From Promethearchaeati archaeon SRVP18_Atabeyarchaeia-1 (lineage in GTDB: Archaea; Asgardarchaeota; Atabeyarchaeia; Atabeyarchaeales; Atabeyarchaeaceae): a stretch of DNA of 64,000 nt. The stretch covers positions 832,001 through 896,000 of the forward strand of contig CP147779.1 in NCBI GenBank assembly GCA_037308085.1, read 5' to 3'. The notes under the pieces are model-generated. The model was not told where the DNA came from and made no database searches. It saw only the letters and a list, made by a program, of their open reading frames with translations. Numbering within the stretch: position 1 is the first letter of the stretch; the number at the start of each line of letters is the position of its first letter. A program made the position numbers and the translations under genes. This document shows positions 1 through 10,396 of the stretch, one piece after another.

Positions 1-356
1 GGTCACTTCGCAAGTAGTCGCATAGAGGGTACACTCATCTAGCAGGTATCAAGCGGAGCGTGATAGCGTCCTCCTATGCTTTTGAACCCAATACTATGAA
101 CACGCTCTACCCTAGAAATAGTGAAAGAATTGATCCCCTTCACTTCCCGCTCGATCCTTTGCAGGCTTCTTCGCGCTAATTTCTCTGCCAGGAAAGAACT
201 GTAGAAAGAAGCGTGTTAAGACTGTTAACCTTGACACGTTTACTTCGCACAGACTGGCATATTGGAGCGTGTGCCAAGATTTAAGTAGGCTCGGAAGAGG
301 AGAGTCATTGTGTTTAGTCTCTCTGTGGAATCTGCTATTATCGTGTCTGTTGGTGG

Positions 357-935
357 TTGAGGAGCCACCTATTCGGGGGTGACAACATGAATGAAGCAGC
401 AACCAAGTATAACAAGAGAGTAGCAACGATGTCGGCGGCATTCATTATGATATTCAGCGCATTCGCAGTCCTATCGGTTTTCGCCCCTTGGCTCACAGTG
501 TTCATGCGCTATGGAGTCTATCAAGGTATGACCTTTGATTATAGTGGATTGGGGTTTGCAACAGGGTCCTTCACTCTCCTGGGCTATTCGCTTACTGTTG
601 AAGCAGTGCTCCTATTTCGGATGGCAATTGCTTATGTGGTATCCTGTTTTATACTAGGCATAGTGGGAGTAGTCTCTCTCTACCTAGCAGGAGGTAGGGG
701 AAAGCCTATAGCGTTCATAATTGAATTCGTGTTCGCAGCAATTTCCATCATTGGAATATTCCTAGGAAATGCGGAGGGTCTGATTCAGCGTTTGGGGTTC
801 ATTGACTTTGGTGGTTCTAATACTGGATACATGCTTCTTGGGTGGGGATTCTGCGGGGAGATACTGGTGTTGGTGTCGTTGCTTGTAGCTCTTGCTGCGT
901 TCTGGCTTGTACCACGATCAAAAGGAGGAGAGTAG
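357..935 (+). CDS. Hypothetical membrane protein (about 4 TM helices)
   Basis: Long ORF with four hydrophobic segments; start may be the ATG at 387; followed by an inverted repeat (about 959-986). Confidence 0.7.
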   Translation: MRSHLFGGDNMNEAATKYNKRVATMSAAFIMIFSAFAVLSVFAPWLTVFMRYGVYQGMTFDYSGLGFATGSFTLLGYSLTVEAVLLFRMAIAYVVSCFILGIVGVVSLYLAGGRGKPIAFIIEFVFAAISIIGIFLGNAEGLIQRLGFIDFGGSNTGYMLLGWGFCGEILVLVSLLVALAAFWLVPRSKGGE

Positions 936-1217
936 CGTCTGCCTGTCTTTATCACGATCCTACCAGAAACCGTTTTCTCTGGTAGGGGCAGTGCCCACCA
1001 AGCCAAGGCTCCCAAGATATCTTGTGCCGATGCCAAATCTGTCAACCCCCTCCCAAATCATTGCTTAGGACGCTCCCTTTTCTCTTCATGATAAACTAGA
1101 GAATATTGATATGAAGGATTATACTCGTAGGTCGGATGCTGTTAAAGATGCTTTATTGATGGCGAACAAAGCTGGAATAAAGGTATTAAGAAGGCGAGAT
1201 AAAGATGGTTAGAAAAT

Positions 1218-1726
1218 CTAGGATGAGGAAGGGCGAGAGTAAAGCAAATTATGAACTGAGGAAAAGAAGAAGAAAAGGGGTGTGATTGAATGAGGAGAGA
1301 CTTGAAGTATAGTCTTGAAATACCGAAGTAACTTACTTCTCTCCTGTCTAAACTTTTTACCTGATAATTGTTTGGAGAGATAAAGCCTATTCAAACATCT
1401 AAGCTCTAAGATTCTGTCTCTCCTATTCTTAAATCCACCCACCTTAACCGTCCCCTACTTTTTACCTGTTCCGACTTTAACTTGCTTATTCTTCAATTCG
1501 GCTTCTAAACGACCAATTTCACTATCAATTCTCTTAGCTTCCTCCAATCCTCTACACTGGCTTCGCTTCCTACGGAGCATCTTTATTTTAGATTCTGTTT
1601 CATCCACACTCATTTTTTAGATGTCCCTCCATACCTTTAATCCTCTCAAAGCAACTTAAACAATATTGCTCCTCTCCCCCAGAAACTACATCCACAACCT
1701 TGACAAACTAATTTCTGTCTATTCAA
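1218..1726 (-). other. AT-rich patch of tiny packed ORFs, possible virus/plasmid remnant
   Basis: Frameshifted CxxC...CxxC ORF (1726-1600), 52-aa coiled-coil ORF (1613-1455, MSVDETESKIKMLRRKRSQC...) and a basic ORF (1442-1218); GGAGG before the first; visibly more AT-rich than its flanks. Confidence 0.4.
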
Positions 1727-1848
1727 ATCCTCCCCCCCTCCATTCTCCCCAACTCCCTAAGAGAAGTAACTATAACTCTCCCCTGTTCTCATCATTGTAT
1801 TGCCTAAAAGCTCCGTTCTAATTTCCCTGACAATTCATTAGAACCAAC

Positions 1849-2442
1849 TTGATGCCAATCATAGAGAAGCTTGATATTGAAGACTCTAGTATCGCAAATA
1901 TACGTGGCCCGAACAGAGACTACGTTAGATTCAGAGCGAATATTGATGATTCAGCAAACAAGGCTCTGATGGAGTGTTTCGATGACTGGAGAGGCAGACT
2001 CATCAAGGATTACTCGTATGAAGAATGGAATCCTCGAAAAGAGGTAGTCGATTCGCTGCAAGGGTGTAGAAGATTCTTCGAGCAAGTGTTAGGAGAGAAA
2101 ATCGAGTCGGAGGGTTGGAAGGCTGTTTTTGATGTGTCAGGGCTCCTGCACTTGTTGGATCCCTCGAGATTCCAATTCTCACCTCCACTGAAAATCGCAG
2201 AAACTGACTACGAGGTAAAAGTCAAAAGCCTAATGGCAGTGGAAACGTTAGCTGGGAAAGTGGCGGCTGCTTTCATGAAGGAATTTGAAGCGGGACCTGA
2301 CGACGTGTCACTGATCGGCGATTTCATACATGAGATTCTCAATTCCTTGGGTTACAGCCACCCCGAGGAATGGGCGATCAGAGCCATCAGGAGTCAGAAT
2401 GTGCGACTTGCAGGGACTCCAAGTGACCTCAAGGAAGGTTGA
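1849..2442 (+). CDS. Hypothetical protein
   Basis: 197-aa ORF with globular composition; no family recognised. Confidence 0.6.
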   Translation: MMPIIEKLDIEDSSIANIRGPNRDYVRFRANIDDSANKALMECFDDWRGRLIKDYSYEEWNPRKEVVDSLQGCRRFFEQVLGEKIESEGWKAVFDVSGLLHLLDPSRFQFSPPLKIAETDYEVKVKSLMAVETLAGKVAAAFMKEFEAGPDDVSLIGDFIHEILNSLGYSHPEEWAIRAIRSQNVRLAGTPSDLKEG

Positions 2443-3045
2443 ATGAGCTATTCGAGATGGAAGAAAGGTCACTAGGGAGGACGTGATTCGTTTTCACCTT
2501 GCCCCGAGATAGGGCGCCACCTGCTCCAAACTTTGGATAAACAACCGTCTATGTTAATAGACCACAGGTGCAACGTAACTGGGAGAGCTGTTCGCCCATG
2601 AACAAACTGAGATCTAATCGACTTAGAAGCTTTGCAGGACAGGCGGAAGGATTGGTCAGACAAAAGGCCGTTTCCGCGTTGGAGGCGGGTCTCGGTAGAT
2701 CGAGGAGCTATTCAAGACAAGCTACGAGATCAATGGAGCGCGCCGCGACAAGGTTGAAACCAGTCGTAAATCAGAAGACTATATGTACGTGTGTCGGGGT
2801 CGGGGCTCTTGCGGCTCCAAGTAACCCAGCTTTGTGGGGGCAAGTCTGGCATGTACAACCAAATCGGTGTACGACTCAATTATTTCTGCCAGACAAGATA
2901 AGCCAATGCCGAGAAAACGTAGAAGAACGTAGGTTTCCCTACCTAAAAGGCAGTCTCTCTGCACAAATAAACGTGGAAAAGCCAATCGTAACTATACTCC
3001 GTCTCGGTCAACGGGTCGTGCCTGTTCTCCGGCTTGTTCTTCTGA

Positions 3046-3387
3046 TCAGTAGTTACCCAACCACCCTTCATTGGCGCCGTCTTCGGTTATGATGTGTATG
3101 AATGTGATTATTCTTTCTTTGTGCTGTGAACCGCCGTATACGTTCTCGCATCTAATTGTGAAGTTGTAGTCGCAGTTGCCGCAGCTTACGTCATACTCGT
3201 CGACGGTTATAGTTTGAGATGCGGAATCTGAGTTCCTGTGTTCACCTGATCCTTTCCTCTTGCTCACAAGGTTTAGTTTCTCGGTCCTGTTGTTTCCGCA
3301 TCTTGGGCACTCTTTCAATGGCAATGGTTGCACTCCTCTTGTTCCGAGAGGTGCGTATACAACGTCAGGTAGCTCGTCCAAGCTCAA
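3046..3387 (-). CDS. Zinc-ribbon hypothetical protein
   Basis: CPRC...CGNC motif pair. Confidence 0.7.
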   Translation of the reverse strand: MSLDELPDVVYAPLGTRGVQPLPLKECPRCGNNRTEKLNLVSKRKGSGEHRNSDSASQTITVDEYDVSCGNCDYNFTIRCENVYGGSQHKERIITFIHIITEDGANEGWLGNY

Positions 3388-3462
3388 TTCTCAGGCCCTC
3401 CGCAGAGAAGTGATTAGAGAGTTGATGCGCCCCGTCTAACTTCCCTCTCATCCATCCGTTCT

Positions 3463-3569
3463 GCTATACTACGGTGGAATTAGGATTTCTGAAATAAGGT
3501 TTTACCTTTCAACTGGCAGCTGTATACTACTGGCGGGGGTAGCAAGTGTATACTACTGGGAGTAGTAGC
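3463..3569. promoter_or_regulatory. Repeated operator-like sites upstream of a TATA box
   Basis: TGTATACTACTGG-N5-GTAGC at 3521 and 3547 (26-bp period), each containing the dyad CTAC-N8-GTAG; weaker copy at about 3463; TTTTATATA follows at about 3570. Confidence 0.6.
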
Positions 3570-3592
3570 TTTTATATACAAGTGGCTTTCTC

Positions 3593-4657
3593 ATGATCCT
3601 TCACTGGTCGGCAATCATCGATCTAAGATTAGGTGCAACAAGTGGTGAATCTCTCACGTCGATGGAAAACATCGTCGATATGGCCAGTCGGATTTTCTTC
3701 AGTGGAATAAGATGCTCCGTTGTCAAGGCGTTGTATGAGGGAGGGCCACTCAATGTCGATTCGCTGATCCAGGGCGTAGGCTTCAATCCTGCGTACACTT
3801 CAAAGTTCAAGCAACGGTACATACGAACTCTTCTGCATGCCAACTTCATCATGAAGAGTGGCGATGTCTTTCTGCTGACTCCAACAGGACTCTCGATAGT
3901 GGACATGGTAGATGAGGCAGGCTGCGAGTTGGCGCTGTTCGGCAAGGTGCAGTATCTTTACGCACTGAAAGAGCCTAGAACAAATGAGCAACTCATGAAA
4001 GAACTAGATATATCGAGGAGGGCCTGTTGGGAACAGATAGAAAACCTCAAGTCACTCGGGCTTGTTCGAACTCTAAGAACCACTTACAGGGTCAGATCGG
4101 ATCTCAGAACGGAGGAGATTGAGAACCTTCCAGCATACCACAAACGGCTCCTGTGGTTGATGATGAATAACGGACCACTTTCGCCGGAGGAGATCTCTTC
4201 CGCAATGAGTCAAAGGTTGAATAGTGTCTACTCTAGGCTTTCTGAGCTGAAAAGAATGAACTTGGTGGAACACTCAGAGTACCTCCCTGCCTCAACGAAC
4301 TCATTTCACATATACCATGAGTTGACTGAAAAGGGAAGGAGCGTTCTTAGGAAACTTGATCAACTCAACCGCCTCAATCTATACATCAAGTTAACCACGG
4401 AATATTTCAAGGCCCGCCACAATGGTAAAGGTTTCAACGGGAATCGCGCAAACGGATCATTCGTAGCCATCTCCTTTGATGAGAAATCGGTTAACGAGCG
4501 GGAGGTCTGGGATTTCATAGCGGGGAGGCTGAGCAAGAGCGACATAGATACCTTCGAAGTCAGAAAGGCATTCAATCTTCTTAGGCGGAGCGGCGTCTTG
4601 TCTGGCCACAAGTACGATGGCTACACCGCATCAGGTGGCGCCGCGGCTACCGCCTAG
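3593..4657 (+). CDS. Multi-winged-HTH transcriptional regulator (ArsR/MarR/TrmB-like repeats)
   Basis: At least three wHTH-like units (GPLNVDSL...LTPTG; ELDISRRACWEQIENLKSLGLV; GPLSPEEISSAM...VYSRLSELKRMNLVE...LTEKG). Start may be the ATG at 3662. Confidence 0.75.
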   Translation: MILHWSAIIDLRLGATSGESLTSMENIVDMASRIFFSGIRCSVVKALYEGGPLNVDSLIQGVGFNPAYTSKFKQRYIRTLLHANFIMKSGDVFLLTPTGLSIVDMVDEAGCELALFGKVQYLYALKEPRTNEQLMKELDISRRACWEQIENLKSLGLVRTLRTTYRVRSDLRTEEIENLPAYHKRLLWLMMNNGPLSPEEISSAMSQRLNSVYSRLSELKRMNLVEHSEYLPASTNSFHIYHELTEKGRSVLRKLDQLNRLNLYIKLTTEYFKARHNGKGFNGNRANGSFVAISFDEKSVNEREVWDFIAGRLSKSDIDTFEVRKAFNLLRRSGVLSGHKYDGYTASGGAAATA

Positions 4658-4768
4658 CCTGCACGAAAAAAAGTAGGGAACTGCATTGCCGTAGCAGTCC
4701 AAACCGAGAAAGCATGGGTCCCATGTTCTGCCCTGTTCAATCTGTATGCGCAGCGTTGCCTATGTTCC

Positions 4769-5461
4769 TCACTCAATCTTGCCGTCATGCATGTGAATTA
4801 TCCTACTTGCATATTGCCTTAATTCCTCGTTGTGAGTAACCAAGACTATTGTTGTTCCTTGTTCTTCATTAAGAGTCTTCATCAGGTCCAGTATGTCCTT
4901 TCCAGTTTTGCTGTCAAGGTTTCCAGTAGGCTCGTCCGCGAAAATCACCTTGGGCTTGTTTACGAGTGCCCTCGCGATTGCCACTCTCTGCATCTCCCCA
5001 CCAGACAATTCCCTTGCCCTATGGTCCTTCCTCTCGAGAAGGTCAACGGCTCTCAGCATCTCCATAGCCTTTGTCTCTATATCCTTTGTCTTCATGTCTG
5101 TTGGCAAGAGGGGGGCCATAACATTCTCCACGGCAGTCATATCCTGAATCAAATTGAAGTCTTGGAAGACAAAGCCGACCTTTTCCCTTCGCAACTTGGG
5201 GAACAATCTCTCATCAATCACTGTCGTGTCGACGCCATCAAGGATGACCTTGCCACTAGAAGGTGAGTCCAGTCCACTCAGCAGATTGAGTAGTGTCGTC
5301 TTACCACAGCCACTGGGACCAACCACGGCAAGGAATTCTCCCTCCTTAATCTCTAGTGACACATTCTTGACAGCGATAACCACTTCGCGGCCTCGGTGAT
5401 ACTCCTTTGATGCGTCCTTAGTTACGATTAGGCCAAATGTTGATGATTTTTTAGATGACAT
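4769..5461 (-). CDS. ABC transporter ATP-binding protein (LolD/MacB type)
   Basis: GPSGCGKT, LSGGEMQR, DEPTGNLD and VTH motifs. Confidence 0.95.
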   Translation of the reverse strand: MSSKKSSTFGLIVTKDASKEYHRGREVVIAVKNVSLEIKEGEFLAVVGPSGCGKTTLLNLLSGLDSPSSGKVILDGVDTTVIDERLFPKLRREKVGFVFQDFNLIQDMTAVENVMAPLLPTDMKTKDIETKAMEMLRAVDLLERKDHRARELSGGEMQRVAIARALVNKPKVIFADEPTGNLDSKTGKDILDLMKTLNEEQGTTIVLVTHNEELRQYASRIIHMHDGKIE

Positions 5462-5479
5462 GTTTCAGACCTCCTATTC

Positions 5480-6064
5480 CTACTGCATTCGAAGAGCTTC
5501 CATTGGTTTTACAGCTAGAATTCTGTAATTCGCCAGCAGTATTCCTGGTATCTGAGCAAGTACCACTACGAAGAACGTCACCAGCAACTGGTTCCTGGCA
5601 AGAAGAACTTCTTGTAGGGAACCTGGCACAAAGAACAAGGGGCTAAAGGGATTCCCGGATAGATAGAAGGCAAGTCCGGTTACGTGAATTCCGATTTCTA
5701 TGAAGATGAGGAATGCAAGGACTGAGACTAGAAGTATCTCACCGACGATTAAGATCCTTATATTGCTGTTCGACCACCCGATGCACTTGAATGTCGCGAT
5801 CTCAGTCTTCCTAAAAGTCGTCAAGAGAAAGCCATAGAGAGTCGCTACTACCACTCCTCCGAGAACTGCTATGACAATCGAAATCGCCTGTCCAGTCATA
5901 AGAAGGTATGTAACCATGTATATTACAACCAAGTATAAGGTGATGAATGCCAGAAACCTTTTCCACGCGCGCCAAGCCAAACGGAATGATTTGAAAAGTA
6001 TCCTTAAACCTGCTTTTACCATTTTGATCAGGTCCTCCTTGTACTGACCATAATCCACCTTCAC
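5480..6064 (-). CDS. FtsX-like ABC permease (short)
   Basis: RKTEIATFKCIGWS motif and C-terminal VKPMEALR; adjacent to the ATPase. Confidence 0.85.
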   Translation of the reverse strand: MKVDYGQYKEDLIKMVKAGLRILFKSFRLAWRAWKRFLAFITLYLVVIYMVTYLLMTGQAISIVIAVLGGVVVATLYGFLLTTFRKTEIATFKCIGWSNSNIRILIVGEILLVSVLAFLIFIEIGIHVTGLAFYLSGNPFSPLFFVPGSLQEVLLARNQLLVTFFVVVLAQIPGILLANYRILAVKPMEALRMQ

Positions 6065-6161
6065 ACTTAAATCGTCTGCATCACTCTGCTGGTATATAGC
6101 CTTATGTTAATTGCAATATAAAGCCAACTCCATAATTTCGGATCCAAGGTGAGATGTATCA

Positions 6162-7040
6162 ATGGAAAAGAGGATCACTGAACTCACCAGTGTCATTGAA
6201 GAGAATGTGAAGGACGGAGATCTCCTAATCTTCGGAGGCATGAAGGTCAATCGCGTTCCAATTGCATGCGTACACGAAATAATCCGGCAGAAGAAGAAAA
6301 ACCTGAGTGTAATGGGTTTGCCAAACCCCCTCCCCACGGATATGCTATGTGGCGCTGGAAGCCTGAAAAGAGTAGAATTCTGCTACATGGGAATACAAGG
6401 TGACAAGGGCTTCGCTCAGATGCGCAACTTTAGACGTGCTGCTGAGCAAGGCGTCGCCGACGCTATGGAGGAAATTGGTTGGATAACAATCCAGCAGATA
6501 TTGGCTGGCGCCCTCCAAATCCCCTTCATTCCAGTTAGAGGTCTTGCAGGCACTGGAATATTGGAGGTGCGAAAAGACTTCAAGTCAATCGAAAACCCAT
6601 TTGGAGAAGAAAAGCTGATTGCTGTTCCAGCCGCCAACCCCGATGTGGCGATCCTACACGTGCAGCTTGCAGACGAATACGGGAATGCCAGACTCCTCGA
6701 TCCAGGGTTCGCAGAAGCGGAGAAACTCATCGCGCTTGCCGCGAAGAAGGTGATAGTGACAGCTGAAGAAATAGTCCCGCACGAGAAGCTACGCGGAACA
6801 GTCACTCTGCCTTACTTCATGGTTGACGCTCTCGCGCATGTTTCCTATGGTGCTTACCCCTCCGCCTGCTACAAGTACTATGGAGTCGACTGGGAGCATA
6901 TGAACACGTACCTTGAATCAAATGCGTCTCCAGAGAGCTTCGCAAACTATCTTGGCACCTACGTCTATGGGACCAAGGATCATCAAGAATTCATCGAGAG
7001 AGCTGGAGGAAAGAAGGTAATCGGTAAATTGAAGTGGTAG
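6162..7040 (+). CDS. CoA-transferase family I subunit A (GctA/IpdA-like)
   Basis: VKDGDLLIFGG, PFIPVRGLAGT, PDVAILHVQLADEYGNA and GAYPSAC motifs. Confidence 0.9.
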   Translation: MEKRITELTSVIEENVKDGDLLIFGGMKVNRVPIACVHEIIRQKKKNLSVMGLPNPLPTDMLCGAGSLKRVEFCYMGIQGDKGFAQMRNFRRAAEQGVADAMEEIGWITIQQILAGALQIPFIPVRGLAGTGILEVRKDFKSIENPFGEEKLIAVPAANPDVAILHVQLADEYGNARLLDPGFAEAEKLIALAAKKVIVTAEEIVPHEKLRGTVTLPYFMVDALAHVSYGAYPSACYKYYGVDWEHMNTYLESNASPESFANYLGTYVYGTKDHQEFIERAGGKKVIGKLKW

Positions 7041-7867
7041 AGGTTGAGAAGAAAATGAGCCAAAACGCAAAAGACTACTCAATAGATGAACTCATCTGCT
7101 CCGCGATTGCGAGAATGTTGAAGGACAGAGAGATTGTGTTCACTGGCGTTTCTTCTCCAGTGCAGATAGTCTCAATCTACCTTGCGAAAGCCACTCATGC
7201 TCCAAACCTGACTCACCTTACTATCATGGGCGCCATCGACCCAACCCCAAAGTCGCCACCAGTCTCCAGTGCTGATCCTCATTTACTTGAAGGAGCCCTT
7301 GGAGGGATCACCCTGTCAGACGTCTTCTCCCTCGGCTACAAGGGAAGAGTGGACGTTGGTTTGTTCGGGGCAGTTCAGATTGATCAGTTCGGCAACTTGA
7401 ACAATAGCGTGATAGGCCAGTACGACAAGCCCAAAGTTCGGTTACCCGGCGGAGCAGGATCGGGGGTGATGCTCAAGATATTCAAGAGATCAGTAATATT
7501 CAGATCGAGTCATGACAAGCGGGCATTCGTTGAGAAACTGCCATTCGTCACGGCTTGCGGATGGACGGAGGAGAGTGGGCTGAGACCCGGAGAAAAGGAT
7601 GCCTTCGGCTTCGTTCGCGCTGGCGGTCCAGATAAGATCATCACCAACTTGGCAGTGCTCGGCTTCGAGGAGCAGAGTAGAAGGATGAAGATAGAAACTG
7701 TACACCCTGGGGTAGAAGTGGAAACGGTTGTAGAGAACACAGGATTCGAACTAGTCATACCGAAAGTTGTTCCGGAGACGCCGCCACCTACGCAGATCGA
7801 AGTCAAATTGCTTCGGGATAAAATCGATCCGAAGGATATGCGGAAACTCGCCTTTAAGGAAAAATGA
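7034..7867 (+). CDS. CoA-transferase family I subunit B (GctB/IpdB-like)
   Basis: GAVQIDQFGNLN, RLPGGAG, IITNLAV and HPGV...VENTGFEL motifs; start probably the ATG at 7055. Confidence 0.9.
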   Translation: MVEVEKKMSQNAKDYSIDELICSAIARMLKDREIVFTGVSSPVQIVSIYLAKATHAPNLTHLTIMGAIDPTPKSPPVSSADPHLLEGALGGITLSDVFSLGYKGRVDVGLFGAVQIDQFGNLNNSVIGQYDKPKVRLPGGAGSGVMLKIFKRSVIFRSSHDKRAFVEKLPFVTACGWTEESGLRPGEKDAFGFVRAGGPDKIITNLAVLGFEEQSRRMKIETVHPGVEVETVVENTGFELVIPKVVPETPPPTQIEVKLLRDKIDPKDMRKLAFKEK

Positions 7868-7894
7868 GCCAGATAAGAGTAGGTTACCCAGAAA

Positions 7895-8386
7895 ATGTCC
7901 CTGAAGTACCCGGCGACTAGCTTCCGATGCATCAAATGCGGGATGTGTTGTAGAAATGATGGCAGACACCTGAGGAGAATAGTCTTAACCCCACTAGACG
8001 CTGATAGAGTAATACAGGCAACAAGCCTATCTATAGAGGGGTTCTCAAGACCATCCCACAATGCTTCCTTTCCTTTCTTTCGTATCATGAGGAAGGAATC
8101 TGGGGCATGCGTATTCCTTGGCAATGATTCAATGTGCAGAATATATGATTCAAGACCGATTGTATGCCGCTGCTATCCCTTCCCGATTGAATTTGATGAG
8201 CAAGGTGTTACCTTCTGTCCTCCTTCCAAGCACTGCCCTGGCTTAGGTCGTGGAGAAAAGTTGGAAAGAGAATTCTTTGAAAAGCTAGCCCGAGAAGTGA
8301 TCAACAATCACAGATCATGCAGGAAGATGCAAGCCGGCCCGCGTTCTCGGGAGTACCCCTTAAATAAACGTGCTCAATCTCTATAG
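7895..8386 (+). CDS. YkgJ-family cysteine cluster protein
   Basis: CxxCGxCC...CVFL...CRIYDSRPIVCRCYPF...CPG. Confidence 0.9.
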   Translation: MSLKYPATSFRCIKCGMCCRNDGRHLRRIVLTPLDADRVIQATSLSIEGFSRPSHNASFPFFRIMRKESGACVFLGNDSMCRIYDSRPIVCRCYPFPIEFDEQGVTFCPPSKHCPGLGRGEKLEREFFEKLAREVINNHRSCRKMQAGPRSREYPLNKRAQSL

Positions 8387-8437
8387 CCAATATGAAAACA
8401 GATAACACCTTCGATCATACTTTTCCTTGTAGGAGTC

Positions 8438-10390
8438 ATGTCTCCTGAGTCGAGTCAAGATCCCGGAGGGCAAAAAGAATTGTCAGCAGAGTACGCTGAT
8501 ATTGTTGCTGAGTCTCCTGGGAGGAAAGTGTTTCTTCTGGGGAATGAGGCCATAGCCAGAGGCGCCATCGAAGCTGGTGTGCAGGCTGCCGCAGTGTACC
8601 CTGGCACCCCGGCGTCAGAGATAGGTGACACGCTGGCCGCTGTTTCGAAAAAGGCCGGACTGTACTTCGAGTATTCTGTAAATGAGAAAGTAGCTCTTGA
8701 AGTGGTTGCGGGTTCATCCTTTCTTGGTCTGAGAGGAATGACGGCCATGAAACATGTTGGTCTTAACGTTGCTTCAGACCCGTTCATGGCGTTGGCGTAT
8801 AGCGGTATTAGAGGGGGGTTAGTCCTAGTGTCTGCTGACGACCCCGAGTGCTTCTCAAGTCAGAATGAGCAAGACAACCGTTACTATGCTCTCTTCGGAT
8901 ACTGGCCTGCGGTAGAGCCTTCAGATGCTCAGGAATGCAAAGACTTCACGGTAAAAGCTTTTGAGCTCTCAGAGAAGTTTGAACTCCCGATCATGATTCA
9001 TACCGTGACTAGGATAAGTCATTCGCGAGGGGATGTGACGCTAGGGGCGATCAGAAAGAATAGAAACAAGGCCGAATACGTAAAGGACACTTCACGCTTC
9101 GCGCTGCTGCCAGCAAACGCTAGGAAGAGACACACTGTCCTTCTAAAGAAGTTTGATGAAGTAAAGAGGTACTCAGATGAGACTGAATTCACGAAGATGT
9201 TCAATGAAGATGCAGAGGAGAAAACCGGGGTGATTACTTCAGGGGTTTCCTTCGGCTATGTCATGGATTCACTCCGCGCCCTTAACCTAAGACTTCCCGT
9301 CATGAAGATTGGAATGATCAATCCTCTGCCTGAGAAGCGCTTGAAGGATTTCATATCAAAGCTCGAGCGGATAATCGTAGTTGAGGAGCTTGAGCCATTT
9401 ATTGAAACACAGGTTGCGGCGCTCGCTTCCTACGGAGATATGAAGGTCGCCATCTTCGGCAAGCATTCTGGCCACATACCACGGGAGGGCGAGCTCTCAG
9501 TTGGAAAAGTCGCTAGCGCAGTTTCAGAAGTAACAGGCAAACCTTCACCGATTAACCTAGCCAAAACTGCAGCGAAATTGACCGAGGTATCTGGGATGCT
9601 CCCTCCCAGGCCTCCTGTTCTGTGCCCAGGTTGTCCCCACCGCGCATCCTTCTACGCAATAAAGATGGCCACAGGTGGAAAGGCGATCTATGGCAGCGAC
9701 ATAGGCTGCTACAGCCTGGGCATATTGCCACCGCAAGAAGTAGTTGACTATCTCATCTGCATGGGATCTGGGATAAGCCTCAGTAGTGGGATCAGCCACT
9801 TCACGGAGCAGCCATTGGTCGTTACGATCGGCGACTCGACATTCTTCCACGCAGGGATACCTGCACTGATTAACGCCGTATATAACCGCGCTAAATTCGT
9901 TCTGGTGGTCCTAGACAATCTTGTCACAGCCATGACAGGACATCAACCGAACCCAGCAGTGGGTGTTACAGCTGAAGGCGAGAAATCAATAAGAGTCATG
10001 ATCGAGGACGTTGCAAAAGCATGTGGCGCGGGGAAGGTTGTTGTAGTAGACCCCTTCCGTGTCAAAGAGATGCGAAAAGTGATAAGGGAGTGCATAGAAG
10101 GGGGAGAACTCTCAGTGATAGTCGCCAGGCAAGCCTGCACTCTTCAGACCGTAAGAGATAGGAGAAGGATAGGCGAATACGTCCCAACTTACTCCATTGA
10201 CAAAGAAATATGTAAGGACTGCAAGGTCTGCTACAAGGTCTTTGGTTGTCCGGCAATATCTAAACTAGGCGAAAAGGAGAAACCCGAGATAGACGCTCTA
10301 CAGTGCCTGGGTTGCGGCGTCTGCGCAACCCTCTGCCCGTACGGCGCAATAAAGGAAAGCAAGAAGGAGGCCAAAGCTAAGCAAACCTGA
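8438..10390 (+). CDS. iorA: Indolepyruvate:ferredoxin oxidoreductase alpha subunit
   Basis: LLGNEAIARGA, MKHVGLNVASD, RPPVLCPGCPHR, IGDSTFFHAG and a C-terminal 2x[4Fe-4S]. Confidence 0.95.
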   Translation: MSPESSQDPGGQKELSAEYADIVAESPGRKVFLLGNEAIARGAIEAGVQAAAVYPGTPASEIGDTLAAVSKKAGLYFEYSVNEKVALEVVAGSSFLGLRGMTAMKHVGLNVASDPFMALAYSGIRGGLVLVSADDPECFSSQNEQDNRYYALFGYWPAVEPSDAQECKDFTVKAFELSEKFELPIMIHTVTRISHSRGDVTLGAIRKNRNKAEYVKDTSRFALLPANARKRHTVLLKKFDEVKRYSDETEFTKMFNEDAEEKTGVITSGVSFGYVMDSLRALNLRLPVMKIGMINPLPEKRLKDFISKLERIIVVEELEPFIETQVAALASYGDMKVAIFGKHSGHIPREGELSVGKVASAVSEVTGKPSPINLAKTAAKLTEVSGMLPPRPPVLCPGCPHRASFYAIKMATGGKAIYGSDIGCYSLGILPPQEVVDYLICMGSGISLSSGISHFTEQPLVVTIGDSTFFHAGIPALINAVYNRAKFVLVVLDNLVTAMTGHQPNPAVGVTAEGEKSIRVMIEDVAKACGAGKVVVVDPFRVKEMRKVIRECIEGGELSVIVARQACTLQTVRDRRRIGEYVPTYSIDKEICKDCKVCYKVFGCPAISKLGEKEKPEIDALQCLGCGVCATLCPYGAIKESKKEAKAKQT

Positions 10391-10396
10391 CTTCTG

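Noticed and set aside
2443-3092. ORF 2568-3092 as a gene
   Set aside because: Atypical composition, overlap with the 3046-3387 gene and multiple broken frames; at most an unidentifiable pseudogene.
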